From an uncultured cyanobacterium (lineage in GTDB: Bacteria; Cyanobacteriota; Cyanobacteriia; Pseudanabaenales; Pseudanabaenaceae), in contig OY969811.1 of assembly GCA_963703315.1 (NCBI GenBank), positions 928,001 to 992,000 on the forward strand: a stretch of 64,000 nt of DNA, read 5' to 3'. Both the position numbers and the translations under genes were made by a program. Positions 1 to 10,669 of the stretch are shown here, piece by piece; position 1 is the first letter of the stretch; each line of letters begins with the position of its first letter. Below the pieces are notes generated by a model. That model saw nothing but the letters and a program-made list of their open reading frames with translations, was not told the DNA's origin and searched no databases.

Positions 1-6
1 TGGACT

Positions 7-666
7 ATGACCAACGCTCTAGCAAACCATTCCATGTTCACCTTCGCACTGCCTAAAGGCTCACTATTAAAAGACTCGATCCGCTTACTCCAAGGTGTAG
101 GACTCGACTTTAGTGTTTTTCTTGATCCTACAAACCGTCAACTGCAAATCTTAGATCCTACAGGAACCGCTAAAGCATTGCTGGTCAGAGCGCAGGATGT
201 CCCCGTATATGTGGAATATGGTCAAGCGCAAGCTGGTATCGTCGGTGAAGATGTATTGCGCGAAAAAACACCAAAAGTTGCCAAATTACTAGACTTAGGC
301 TTTGGTGGTTGTCGGATGTCGATCGCCGTTTCAGGAGAGAGCCGCTATCGATCGCCATTAGACCTCCCACCCCACAGCCGTATCGCCTCTAAATATGTTG
401 GATGCGCCCAGACCTACTTTGACAGCATCGATTTACCTGTTGAGATTATTCCCCTCTATGGCTCCGTCGAGCTTGGTCCCATTACAGGCATGGCTGAGGC
501 GATTGTTGATTTAGTCTCGACAGGTAAGACACTTAAGGATAACGGACTGATTGAAATTGAAGTGTTATATCAAAGCACCGCAAGACTAATCGCCCATCCC
601 CTTAGTTATCGGCTGTATAGCGATCGCTTTAGTGAGTTGATGAGCCAAATGCAAGTTACTGCCTAA
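7..666 (+). CDS. hisG: ATP phosphoribosyltransferase, short form
   Basis: [43 protein letters not shown] motifs; about 210 aa with no C-terminal regulatory domain; partner hisZ at 28768. Confidence 0.95.
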   Translation: MTNALANHSMFTFALPKGSLLKDSIRLLQGVGLDFSVFLDPTNRQLQILDPTGTAKALLVRAQDVPVYVEYGQAQAGIVGEDVLREKTPKVAKLLDLGFGGCRMSIAVSGESRYRSPLDLPPHSRIASKYVGCAQTYFDSIDLPVEIIPLYGSVELGPITGMAEAIVDLVSTGKTLKDNGLIEIEVLYQSTARLIAHPLSYRLYSDRFSELMSQMQVTA

Positions 667-667
667 C

Positions 668-698
668 AAAAAAAGAAGCGCGAAGCGCTTCTTTTTTT
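668..698. terminator. bidirectional hairpin (A7-GAAGCGC-GAA-GCGCTTC-T7) between convergent genes
   Basis: perfect 14-bp inverted repeat with A/T tails. Confidence 0.8.
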
Positions 699-700
699 AA

Positions 701-988
701 CTAGTCGGTTAGTTTTTCCCATGCCGATCGCGCTGCTTGTTGCACTTTAGTCAAGGTTTTAGAGACTTTTTTCTCTAGTTTTTTCTCGACATTTTCTAAG
801 GCTTCATTGACCGATTCCACTGCCCAGCTATCAAACTCTTCAAGGTGATCGCGTACCACATCAACCTGTTTGTCTACGGTTTTATGAGCTTTCTTAATAT
901 TTTTGTGATACTGCTGTTGCGCTACATCGGTAACTGTATGGAGCGTTTTTTCCAATTTCTGCTTGAGGTCGGTCGGCTTTTTGGACAT
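701..988 (-). CDS. hypothetical small Lys/Glu-rich helical protein
   Basis: ORF from ATG at 988 (MSKKPTDLK...), GGAG upstream, internally repetitive amphipathic helices. Confidence 0.6.
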   Translation of the reverse strand: MSKKPTDLKQKLEKTLHTVTDVAQQQYHKNIKKAHKTVDKQVDVVRDHLEEFDSWAVESVNEALENVEKKLEKKVSKTLTKVQQAARSAWEKLTD

Positions 989-1079
989 CGCGATAACTCC
1001 TGAGTGATGCACTGCAAAAGTATGATTTTAGTTTGACTTTGATTTATCATATCGCTTAGCTTGGATAGCAAGTAAAGCC

Positions 1080-2369
1080 ATGACACAAGATTTTAATGAA
1101 GATTTATATCAGCAGGGTTTGGCTAAGGTAAAGGCTGGCGATCGCTATGGTGCTGTCCAAGCCTTTAGTTTGATGCTTCAGTCCAGCCCAGAATTTGCCG
1201 AAGCCTATTATCAACGTGGGCTAGTCCTCTTTGACTTGGGCGATCGCCAAGGGGCGATCGCTGACTATGACCAAGCCCTGAAACTTAAACCTGAAGCGAT
1301 CGATGTCTATATTGCCCGTAGTTTGATCAGGATTGCGAATGCTGATATTCCCGCCGCCCAAGCTGATATTGCTGAAGCATTAGCGATTAATCCTCAGTCA
1401 GCGATCGCCCATCAACTTTTGGGATTAACCTATAAACAACAAAATCAAATCGAAAAGGCGATCGCCACTTACAAAAAAGCCGCTAGCCTATTTTTAGAAC
1501 TTCGTGATGAAGATAATTGTCGTCGTTGCATCGAGAGCTATAAACCCCTAGAAGCTTTGCTACCGCCATCCCCCGCCGATATTTTTGCCCAAGTTGAGCA
1601 ACGCATTGCGAATAGCGACTATACCAACGCTTTAATTGACCTCAACTGGATGCTGCAAATTGACCCAAAAAATGTCAAAGCTTTCTGTTTACGTGGTTTA
1701 GTCTTAAGTAAATTAGGCGATCCGCAAAGTGCGCTCAAGGATCTTAATCAAGCCCTATTTCTCGAACCGCAAAATCCTGAAGTTCGCATCGGTCGCGGTA
1801 AAATTCGGGCAGAAATTGGTGACGCTCAGGGGGCGATCGCTGATTTTAATGAATTAATACGCGAATATCCCAGCAATAGTGAAATTTATATAAATCGTGC
1901 TAAAGCTCATCTGAAACTCAAGGACTATCGCACCGCCATCGAAGATTTTTCGCGATCGCTAGCTCTTAATAATCAAAGCCCTCAACTATATTGCGATCGC
2001 GCCGAAGCTAGGTACGACTTTGGCGACATTAAAGGGGCGATCGATGATTATCAACAGGCGGCAAATATTTGGTTTAACCAGTCCATGACAGAGCGTTATC
2101 GCTATGCCCTAGATCGCATCAATCTCTGGCAATCAGAACTGGAAAAACAATCCAAAGACGCTAAACGTCAACAAGATAAAGCTGCGGCTACTGTGGATTT
2201 GATGCAGATGCCCAGTCTAGAATTACAGCAAAGGTTATTAGCTTTAGTCGGCGGTAATATGGCGATCGCGCAACGCCTGATTGATATTGCGAAACAAGAG
2301 AACCCGAATATGCCCGAAGTTTGGTATTGGCAAAAAGTTGTATTTGATCTCGAAAGCGATCGATCTTGA
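1080..2369 (+). CDS. tetratricopeptide repeat protein
   Basis: multiple AYYQRG..LGD..GAIADYDQAL-type TPR units. Confidence 0.9.
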   Translation: MTQDFNEDLYQQGLAKVKAGDRYGAVQAFSLMLQSSPEFAEAYYQRGLVLFDLGDRQGAIADYDQALKLKPEAIDVYIARSLIRIANADIPAAQADIAEALAINPQSAIAHQLLGLTYKQQNQIEKAIATYKKAASLFLELRDEDNCRRCIESYKPLEALLPPSPADIFAQVEQRIANSDYTNALIDLNWMLQIDPKNVKAFCLRGLVLSKLGDPQSALKDLNQALFLEPQNPEVRIGRGKIRAEIGDAQGAIADFNELIREYPSNSEIYINRAKAHLKLKDYRTAIEDFSRSLALNNQSPQLYCDRAEARYDFGDIKGAIDDYQQAANIWFNQSMTERYRYALDRINLWQSELEKQSKDAKRQQDKAAATVDLMQMPSLELQQRLLALVGGNMAIAQRLIDIAKQENPNMPEVWYWQKVVFDLESDRS

Positions 2370-2453
2370 TAGATACAAGGAGCAATTCATGGATTGCTCC
2401 TAAAACCAGAAGATGCGTTGCGGTGCAAAGCGCCGCAACTCGCTTCAATGACA

Positions 2454-4427
2454 CTAAATCACGCGATCATTACCACCATCAATGGGAACTTGAGCCGCCG
2501 TTGTGCAGGAAAAGAGAGCGCCACACATCTCCGCAGCAAGCTCAGCAACATGATGACTAGTTACTTCCACTTTAAGCAAGTTATTAGTTTTATATTCCTC
2601 AACCGTTAATCCATAATGCTTAGCACGAGATGTCAACACATCTTCTGTCCAAATGCCAGTATCAAATACAGCGTTGGGATGCAAAGTATTAATGCGAATG
2701 CGCTCGCTACTCCATTCCAAAGCCGCCACCCGCATTAATTGGGTTAACGCCGCCTTCGATGCCGAATATGCTGCCGCCGCAGGACCGGGAGCAGGGACAT
2801 TTTTAGAACCGATCGCCACAACTCGACCACCATTGGGCGCAAGTTTGAGTAGTGGATAGGCTTCACGCATTAGGACTAAATTTGCATCAAGATTGATATG
2901 CATTACTTTCTGCCATGTCGCTGTATCCAGATTTTCAATCCGACATCCAGAGGGAAATATTCCTGCGTTGAGAATGAGGATATCTAGACCACCAAAGGAG
3001 TTTACAGCTTGATCGAGAGCTTGGGCGATCGCCGTTTCATCACTAACATCGCAAGTAACACCCACAAAATCAGGACGATCGTAAAGCTTCTCAATGGCGG
3101 GATTAATATCTAAACCAACTACTGCCGCCCCACGCTTTAATAATGAGTCTACACAAGCTTTACCAATGCCTGACGCAGCACCCGTCACCAAAGCGATTTC
3201 ACCTGTAAAAGCAGGAGCAGAACCTCCTTTTTTCAACTTTGCCTGTTCCAATTCCCAATATTCCACGGCAAAGATATCGCTAGCAGGTAATGCTTGATAG
3301 CCGCCCAATAGTTGCGATCGCTGGATAATCTCCATCGTATGCTCATAGATATCTGCGACAATCGCGGCATCTTTGGCAGATTTACCAACTGTGACTAGAC
3401 CTAATTGGCGATCGATTATCACCCATGGTGCAGGATCGAGAATTGTCACAGGTTGTGTGGACTTAGGCGATTCTTCGGCAAAATAAGCACGATATGCTTC
3501 CGCATAAGCCTTGACATCTCTACCCACCAAAGGCAATCGCTTAGTACGGATGACATGATCGGGAGTCGCACAGCCCTGTTGCGAAATGATATTGACATCT
3601 TCTCTTTGAGCAAAGGCTAAACTCTTCTCATCCCTATGGGAACTTAGAACTACGGGAAACCCTGCGACTTGAGAAACTTCAGTGCGTAGTTGGGCAATCT
3701 CTAATCTCTGCTCACTTTCCCTAATCAGAGAAGCTGGTGGTGAGATTTCCCAAGCATGATGTTTTTGCAAATAAACTTCAGCACGATCAACTAAAGCAAT
3801 CATCCGTTCATAGGATTCCTGAGCAGTTTCACCGAAGGAGAAAATACCGTGATTCATTAACACCATGCCAATCGTGCGATCGCTTTTCTCCGCCGCAAAT
3901 TTCTCCGCACAAACTCGCGCTAGGTCAAACCCCGGCCTCACGTAGGGAATAATCACCACATCATCGCCATAGATTTCTTGAATGCGTTCCCATCCATTGG
4001 CAGTATTAGTCACGGAGATGACCGCATCAGCATGGGTATGATCGACGAATTTGTAAGGCAAGCTGGCATGGAGAATTGTTTCTACCGATGGTGCAGGCGC
4101 ACTTGCTTTCGTCATTTGCGTTTTCAGTTCATTCACCATTTGGGAATCGGAGAGAACTTGTAACTTGGCTAATTTCAATAAATGCGCCATCCGCACAGGC
4201 GCAAAACCTGCCTCTGCGATCGTCTCTAAATCCCAGCCACTTCCCTTAACATAAAGAATCTCTTCTTCTTCACCAACGATATTCTTTTCGCAAATTTTGA
4301 CGGAAGTATTACCCCCACCATGTAAAACAAGCGATGGATCGCGCCCCAATAATCTTGATGTATATACTCTTAACCCTAGATCATTTTTATATGCTGATGC
4401 TTCGCGATCGCTCCACAAACTTTTCAT
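2454..4427 (-). CDS. bifunctional class II aldolase / short-chain dehydrogenase
   Basis: HGGGNTSVK, PSVET..H, DHTH, NHG aldolase motifs; TGAASGIG and YSASK SDR motifs. Confidence 0.92.
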   Translation of the reverse strand: MKSLWSDREASAYKNDLGLRVYTSRLLGRDPSLVLHGGGNTSVKICEKNIVGEEEEILYVKGSGWDLETIAEAGFAPVRMAHLLKLAKLQVLSDSQMVNELKTQMTKASAPAPSVETILHASLPYKFVDHTHADAVISVTNTANGWERIQEIYGDDVVIIPYVRPGFDLARVCAEKFAAEKSDRTIGMVLMNHGIFSFGETAQESYERMIALVDRAEVYLQKHHAWEISPPASLIRESEQRLEIAQLRTEVSQVAGFPVVLSSHRDEKSLAFAQREDVNIISQQGCATPDHVIRTKRLPLVGRDVKAYAEAYRAYFAEESPKSTQPVTILDPAPWVIIDRQLGLVTVGKSAKDAAIVADIYEHTMEIIQRSQLLGGYQALPASDIFAVEYWELEQAKLKKGGSAPAFTGEIALVTGAASGIGKACVDSLLKRGAAVVGLDINPAIEKLYDRPDFVGVTCDVSDETAIAQALDQAVNSFGGLDILILNAGIFPSGCRIENLDTATWQKVMHINLDANLVLMREAYPLLKLAPNGGRVVAIGSKNVPAPGPAAAAYSASKAALTQLMRVAALEWSSERIRINTLHPNAVFDTGIWTEDVLTSRAKHYGLTVEEYKTNNLLKVEVTSHHVAELAAEMCGALFSCTTAAQVPIDGGNDRVI

Positions 4428-4458
4428 TTTTTGAAGTTCCTAAATAAATTTAAATAAA

Positions 4459-4716
4459 GTAGGGGCATAGCATTCCCAAAGAAATCCATAAATTTTGAGA
4501 TTGTTTTAATTTGGGAATGCTTTGCCCTAAACTCGCAACGCAGGGACAATTTATCAGTGAAAGCGAAGAGGGTAGAGCTTTTGCGTTTCGAGATGATGGG
4601 TGGGGAATTCAAAATATTGGCGCAAAAGCTCTACCCCTACAAGTTTGTTGTTGTCAATTGTTACGGGCGCGATAAATCCTGACAGTAATGTATAAGGTGG
4701 GCATTACCCACCCTAC
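4459..4716. repeat. cluster of GTAG-type REP-like inverted repeats
   Basis: GTAGGGGCATAGCATTCCC..GGGAATGCTTTGCCCTA; GGGTAGAGCTTTTGCG..CGCAAAAGCTCTACCCCTAC; GGTGGGCATTACCCACCCTAC. Confidence 0.65.
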
Positions 4717-4727
4717 TGTTGAGATGG

Positions 4728-5120
4728 TTAGATAGCAACAATGCACTCAATTTCGACGAGGGCATCGAGGGGAAGTCGAGCAACTTGAACAGTAGAACGG
4801 GCTGGGAATGGAGCCAGAAAGTATTTGCCGTAGATTGCGTTTACTTTAGGGAAATCTGCCATATCTGCGAGAAATACAGTAGTTTTAATCACGTTGGTTA
4901 AGTCTACACCTGCTTCCGTAAGAACAGCTTGAATATTTTTAATTACCTGTTCGGCTTGATCTTCGACTGTGGTAGTGACGATTTTGCCGATCGCAGGATC
5001 GATCGCAATTTGTCCCGCCATAAACATTAATTTACTGGTAGCAGGAACAGCGATCGCTTGATTGTAAGGACCAACTGGTTCAGGGGCATTAACGCTACGA
5101 ATTACTTCTTTTTGGCTCAT
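4728..5120 (-). CDS. ridA: RidA/YjgF family enamine deaminase
   Basis: APEPVGPYNQA, VIKTTVFL, FPARSTVQVARLP, VEIE. Confidence 0.92.
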   Translation of the reverse strand: MSQKEVIRSVNAPEPVGPYNQAIAVPATSKLMFMAGQIAIDPAIGKIVTTTVEDQAEQVIKNIQAVLTEAGVDLTNVIKTTVFLADMADFPKVNAIYGKYFLAPFPARSTVQVARLPLDALVEIECIVAI

Positions 5121-5184
5121 TATTGATAAATTTTTTGATTAGTTGATGATGATTATAAAATCTTTTGGTAATGCATTACAATTA

Positions 5185-5237
5185 GAACCCAAAAAGCTGG
5201 GGCGCACGCTGCGGTGCGCCCCAGCTTTTTGGGTTCC
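5185..5237. repeat. long palindrome with GGCGCAC core
   Basis: GAACCCAAAAAGCTGGGGCGCAC..GTGCGCCCCAGCTTTTTGGGTTC. Confidence 0.75.
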
Positions 5238-5288
5238 ATCAGAAGGGGAGGGCTAGGGAGTGGTTATCGTCTTCGTTATTTTTGTTGA

Positions 5289-5741
5289 TTATTTTGGCAT
5301 GATCATTAAAGTTACTGGCTGAATATATCGACTATTAGCCCTTACATAACAAACATCTTCAGTATCCACACCACGCACTGGCATCCAAGGTTTCCCATTA
5401 GCATCAAGGGGATTAACGTACACTTCGTCAGAACCACCGCGATAGACTTCTACTTCTAACAAATCATCTAAGTTGTATATGCGCTTTACATAGCTATCAA
5501 GACGTGCTGAACTACGACAATTAAGATCAGCAGCTACCACTCTCCAAAGTGAACCTGCCGCTAGCTTAGAATATTTTCTGGGTGCTTGAACAGTTGTTTC
5601 ATTTCTAAAGTAGTTGCCTTGTCGATCTGGCGTGGCAGCTTGAGCATCGACTGTGGCTGGCAAAACTATAACTGGCAAGACCATAACTGGCAAGACCAGC
5701 AGCAGCATAGAATGTTTCAGGGAACTAAAAAAAGTATGCAT
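5289..5741 (-). CDS. hypothetical exported protein (possible SH3-like fold)
   Basis: hydrophobic N-terminus ending AQA; LNCR and C-terminal CYVRANSRYIQP; start moved to ATG 5741 to avoid overlap with xseA. Confidence 0.6.
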   Translation of the reverse strand: MHTFFSSLKHSMLLLVLPVMVLPVIVLPATVDAQAATPDRQGNYFRNETTVQAPRKYSKLAAGSLWRVVAADLNCRSSARLDSYVKRIYNLDDLLEVEVYRGGSDEVYVNPLDANGKPWMPVRGVDTEDVCYVRANSRYIQPVTLMIMPK

Positions 5742-5763
5742 ATAAATATTTATAAAAGATTGT

Positions 5764-6978
5764 ATGAGTAATTCTAAAGAGGCGATCACAGTAGGTAATT
5801 TGACGCAAGCCATTACGCTTTTGTTGCGCGAAGAGATTGGCATCGTGCGCGTGACAGGCGAAATCTCAGGCTTTACGACCGCAGCCTCTGGACATCGTTA
5901 CTTTACGCTCAAAGATGAATCTGCTCAAATTGATGCTGTGATGTGGGCAAGTCGAACTTTAGCATTTCGTCCTAAAAGTGGAATGCAGGTGGTGGTACAG
6001 GGGCGCTTGACCGTCTATGCTACTCGTGGCAAATATCAAATTGATTGCGATCGCATGACTGCCGCAGGTGAGGGTGATTTATATCTTGCATTCGCGGCAC
6101 TTAAGGAAGACCTCGCCCAAAGAGGATATTTTGACCCAGAACGTAAACGGGATATTCCTGCTTTGCCTCTGAAGATTGGTGTCGTCACTTCCCCGACAGG
6201 CGCTGTCATCCAAGATATTCTCAGCACCCTCAATAGGCGATCGCCTCATTGTCAGATTTATCTATGTCCCGCTACCGTGCAAGGCGAAACTGCTCCTGAA
6301 GAAATTGCGAAGGCGATCGCTGCTTTGCAAAATACCGATGCCGATGTCTTAATTGTGGGGCGTGGTGGCGGCTCGATTGAGGATCTTTGGGCGTTTAATA
6401 CTGTGCCTGTTGCCGAAGCAATTTATGAGTCTCGCATTCCGATTATTTCCGCAGTGGGTCACGAAACTGATTTCACGATCGCGGATTTTGTTGCCGATAT
6501 GCGGGCAGCCACACCAACGGCGGCGGCGGAATTAGTCTCACAATGCGATCGCGATACGTTATTACAACAGATTAACTTTTGGCAAAGTCGTCTTGATCGG
6601 AGCGTGCAAGTCGAGATCCAAAATTATCGCCAAAGGTTAAATGCTCTGACTAACAGCTATGCCTTACAAAATTTTAGCGATCGCCTCCATGATCGCGCTC
6701 AACAGTTAGATGACGCGGAACGAGATATGCAAAAGTCCCTCGCTCGCCATCTACGCCAATCTGCTGCCAAACTTGATGGTATCACTGCCCATTTGCGATC
6801 GCTATATCCTTTATCGCCGTTGCAGCGTGGTTTTGCCTTGTTACAAGTAGGCGATCGCTTCCTTAGCAACGATGAATCCTTAAGCGCATTTGCTAAAGTG
6901 GACATCGTGAGAAGTTCTGAAATAGCCCAAGCCCAAATTGAGAAAGTAATCAAGAAAGGATATGACCGACCTAAATGA
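5764..6978 (+). CDS. xseA: exodeoxyribonuclease VII large subunit
   Basis: GEIS..SGHRYFTLKD OB fold; GRGGGSIEDLWAFN, SAVGHETD, TPTAAAE. Confidence 0.97.
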   Translation: MSNSKEAITVGNLTQAITLLLREEIGIVRVTGEISGFTTAASGHRYFTLKDESAQIDAVMWASRTLAFRPKSGMQVVVQGRLTVYATRGKYQIDCDRMTAAGEGDLYLAFAALKEDLAQRGYFDPERKRDIPALPLKIGVVTSPTGAVIQDILSTLNRRSPHCQIYLCPATVQGETAPEEIAKAIAALQNTDADVLIVGRGGGSIEDLWAFNTVPVAEAIYESRIPIISAVGHETDFTIADFVADMRAATPTAAAELVSQCDRDTLLQQINFWQSRLDRSVQVEIQNYRQRLNALTNSYALQNFSDRLHDRAQQLDDAERDMQKSLARHLRQSAAKLDGITAHLRSLYPLSPLQRGFALLQVGDRFLSNDESLSAFAKVDIVRSSEIAQAQIEKVIKKGYDRPK

Positions 6979-7183
6979 TGTCAAAAAGACTTTGCAAAAT
7001 TTGTCTTTTGAAGAGCAGTTACAACGGCTCGAAGAAATTGTAGAAATTCTCGATGATGGCGAGGCGGCACTTGATGAGATGCTTGCTCTCTATGAAGAAG
7101 GAATGCAGCGATCGCAATATTGCCGTGAATATCTGGAAAAAGCTGAACAAAAAGTCACCGTGATTCAAAATAATATAAAGTAA
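6962..7183 (+). CDS. xseB: exodeoxyribonuclease VII small subunit
   Basis: SFEEQLQRLEEIV..L..YEEG..LEKAEQKV; overlaps xseA. Confidence 0.95.
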   Translation: MTDLNDVKKTLQNLSFEEQLQRLEEIVEILDDGEAALDEMLALYEEGMQRSQYCREYLEKAEQKVTVIQNNIK

Positions 7184-7189
7184 CAAGTC

Positions 7190-7552
7190 ATGCCCCAACT
7201 CATCCCCACCGAACTCGAAGATGGAACTATTATTTACTTTCAAGTGGATGAACCTGCGGTAACACCTTCCTCACCCATACGTGGATTTCCTCTAGATGCC
7301 AACGCCCAAGATGCTGCCAAGGAAAAAGCAGTCCAAAGTTTTCATGCTATGCAAAGCCTTGTGCGGGGCTATACCGTCAATACTCTCAATGCCTTTCGTA
7401 ATCTAGGAAGTGCCGAAGTCAGTGAAGTCACCCTCGAATTTGGTGTCAGCCTTGATGCTAAGGCGGGTGTCCCCTTCATCGCCTCAGGCGGCGCAAGCTC
7501 CAATCTCAAAATTACGGTTAAATGCGTATTTCCTAAGAAAGCAGAGTCATAA
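7190..7552 (+). CDS. trypsin-co-occurring (Trypco1/CU044_2847-like) protein
   Basis: LEDGTIIY N-terminus and EVTLEFGVSL...G.PFIASG.A..NLKITV C-terminus recalled for this family. Confidence 0.7.
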   Translation: MPQLIPTELEDGTIIYFQVDEPAVTPSSPIRGFPLDANAQDAAKEKAVQSFHAMQSLVRGYTVNTLNAFRNLGSAEVSEVTLEFGVSLDAKAGVPFIASGGASSNLKITVKCVFPKKAES

Positions 7553-7611
7553 CGACAACAAAAATCCCAGCGATCGCCTACACTAGAAACAAATCTTTAC
7601 GATTGCTGCAA

Positions 7612-10481
7612 ATGCCAGACCATACTCATATTCACGTTAGAGGTGCTAGACAGCACAACCTCAAAAATGTTGACCTGACGATTCCCCGCGATCGCCTGAT
7701 CGTGTTTACAGGTGTGTCTGGCTCTGGTAAATCGTCCCTAGCTTTTGACACGATTTTTGCTGAAGGTCAACGCCGCTATGTGGAGTCGCTGAGTGCCTAT
7801 GCGCGGCAGTTTTTAGGACAGGTTGATAAGCCCGATGTGGACTACATCGAGGGCTTGAGTCCTGCAATTTCGATTGACCAAAAATCAACTTCCCATAATC
7901 CGCGCTCAACGGTCGGCACGGTCACCGAGATTTATGACTATTTGCGACTGCTGTTTGGTCGCGCAGGTTCACCCCATTGTCCAATCTGCGATCGCAATAT
8001 TGCTCCCCAGACCATAGATCGGATGGTGGACTCGATTATGGAATTAGGCGATCGCACTAAGTTTCAATTATTAGCACCCGTAATTCGTGGCAAAAAGGGA
8101 ACTCATAAGAAATTATTGTCAGGCTTAGCCAGTGAAGGTTTTGCGCGAGTGCGGGTGGATGGAGAAGTACGTGAACTGAGCGACAATATTGAACTGGATA
8201 AGAACAAACTCCATGATATTGAAATTGTGGTTGATCGTCTAGTTCGCAAAAATGATATTCAAGAACGTTTAACCGATTCTCTGGCAACTTGTTTAAAACG
8301 TGCCGAAGGGATTGCAATGGTCGAGATTTTACCCTCATCCCCAGCCCCTAAATCTGAAAAGGTTAGCAATTTGCTAACCTTTTCAGAAAACTTTGCTTGT
8401 CCTGAGCATGGCGCAGTAATGGAAGAACTATCGCCACGGATGTTCTCGTTTAACTCTCCCTATGGCGCTTGTCCATCCTGTCATGGTTTGGGAAGTATCA
8501 AAATCTTTAATCCTGAGTTGTTAGTTCCTGATCCGTCTTTACCTGTGTATGCCGCGATCGCACCTTGGGCGGACAAAACCCATACTTACTATATTTCGCT
8601 CCTATCTAGTGTGGGCGAGTATGCTGGTTTTGAGATTACGACACCTTGGGAAAAGCTCTCTCAGGCTCAGATTGATATTATTTTGCATGGCACTACAGAG
8701 AAGATTTTAATTAAGCCAGACTCGCTCTATCGCGAACGCAGTGAAGGATATTACAAACGCTATGAAGGGGCGATCGCTATTCTCGAACAGCAATATAAGG
8801 AGGCGGGTGAATCACAAAGACAGAAGTTAGAGAACTATCTGATCGAAGAGTCTTGCTCAACCTGTGACGGAACAAGGCTGAAACCAGAATCTCTCGCAGT
8901 GAGGATTGGTGGTTACAATATTAACGATTTTGTGTCAGCACCAATTGGGACTTGTCGCGATCGCCTCAAAAATCTCGATCTTGATGCACGCACTCGACAA
9001 ATAGGCGATCGGGTATTACAAGAAATCGAAGCCAGATTGCAATTTCTACTCGATGTTGGTTTAGATTACCTTACCCTTGATCGCTCCACCATGTCCCTAT
9101 CTGGTGGGGAAGCCCAACGCATTCGCCTCGCTACTCAAATCGGTTCAGGTTTAACAGGTGTTCTTTATGTCTTGGATGAGCCTAGTATTGGACTCCATCA
9201 AAGAGATAACTCGCGACTACTTGCCACATTAACGAAACTGCGTGATCTCGGCAATACTTTAATCGTAGTGGAACATGATGAAGAAACTATTCGCGCCGCC
9301 GATTATCTTGTCGATATCGGACCGGGAGCAGGAGTGCATGGTGGAAGAATTGTGGCACAGGGTAGTGTTAAAGAAATTGAGCAACATCCCGAATCCCTTA
9401 CAGGTGCGTATCTCTCTAAACAGAAACAAATTCATACACCCGCAGAACGCCGCGAAGGTAATGGCAAGCATCTCGAAATCTGTAACGCTTATCTCAATAA
9501 CTTAAAACATATTAATGTTCAGATTCCTCTAGGAAAACTGGTATGTATTACAGGTGTGTCAGGCTCAGGTAAATCCACCTTAATTAATGATTTACTGCAC
9601 CATTCCCTTGAACATAATTTTTCGCGCAAAGTGCCAGTTCCTAAAGGTATTGATGAAGTCAAAGGACTGAAGCACCTTGATAAATTCATCGTCATCGATC
9701 AATCGCCAATCGGACGCACACCCCGTTCCAATCCTGCCACCTACACAGGACTATTCGATGTCATCCGTGAAACCTTCGCGCTGACCACTGCTGCCAAAAC
9801 GAGAGGTTACAAAGCAGGACAGTTCTCTTTTAATGTGAAAGGCGGACGTTGTGAAGCTTGTTCTGGACAAGGCGTGAATATCATTTCCATGAACTTCCTG
9901 CCCGATGTCTATGTGCAGTGCGATGTCTGTAAAGGCGCAAGATATAATCGCGAAACACTGCAAGTTAAGTACAAAGAGAAGACGATCGCCGATGTGCTAG
10001 ATATGACCATCGAAGAAGCGATGCATTTCTTTGAGAATATTCCCTCTGCTCATGCCAAATTAGGAATGCTAGTGGATGTCGGTTTAGGTTATGTACGTCT
10101 CGGTCAGTCTGCCCCCACGCTCTCAGGTGGTGAAGCCCAACGGGTGAAGTTAGCGACAGAACTGGCGCGACGGGCGACGGGTAAAACCCTCTATCTCATT
10201 GATGAACCGACTACGGGTTTAAGTTTTTACGATGTGCATAAATTGCTGGATGTAATGCAGCGCCTTGTCGATAAGGGCAATAGCATTATTACAATTGAGC
10301 ATAATCTCGATGTAATTCGCTGTGCTGATTGGGTGATTGATCTGGGCCAGAAGGAGGCGATCGCGGTGGTGAGATTATCGCTGAAGGCACACCCGAACAG
10401 GTTGCTAAAGTGAAGAAATCTTACACAGGCAAATATCTCAAACAAGTATTAGCTGAATATCCCCGCAGTGTAAAACTCTAA
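7612..10481 (+). CDS. uvrA: excinuclease ABC subunit A with -1 frameshift near 10346
   Basis: GARQHNLKN, two Walker [17 protein letters not shown] twice, Zn fingers; conserved [23 protein letters not shown] tail continues in another frame to TAA 10479-10481. Confidence 0.93.
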
Positions 10482-10575
10482 AAGTTGTGGCGCACGCGCA
10501 GCGTGCGCCACAACTTTTAGGATATTAACCCAGAAGTGAGTTGCGGCGCATCGCGCCGCAACTCACTTCTGGGTT
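10480..10575. repeat. two tandem perfect palindromes
   Basis: AAAAGTTGTGGCGCACGC-GCA-GCGTGCGCCACAACTTTT and AACCCAGAAGTGAGTTGCGGCGC-ATC-GCGCCGCAACTCACTTCTGGGTT. Confidence 0.8.
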
Positions 10576-10669
10576 TTTGATTTGTACTAGCTAACTCTTG
10601 CTTTGCTATATATTACTGACACAGGTAAAATATTAGCAATCACAATGATTTGGGGCGCATATCCTGTCT

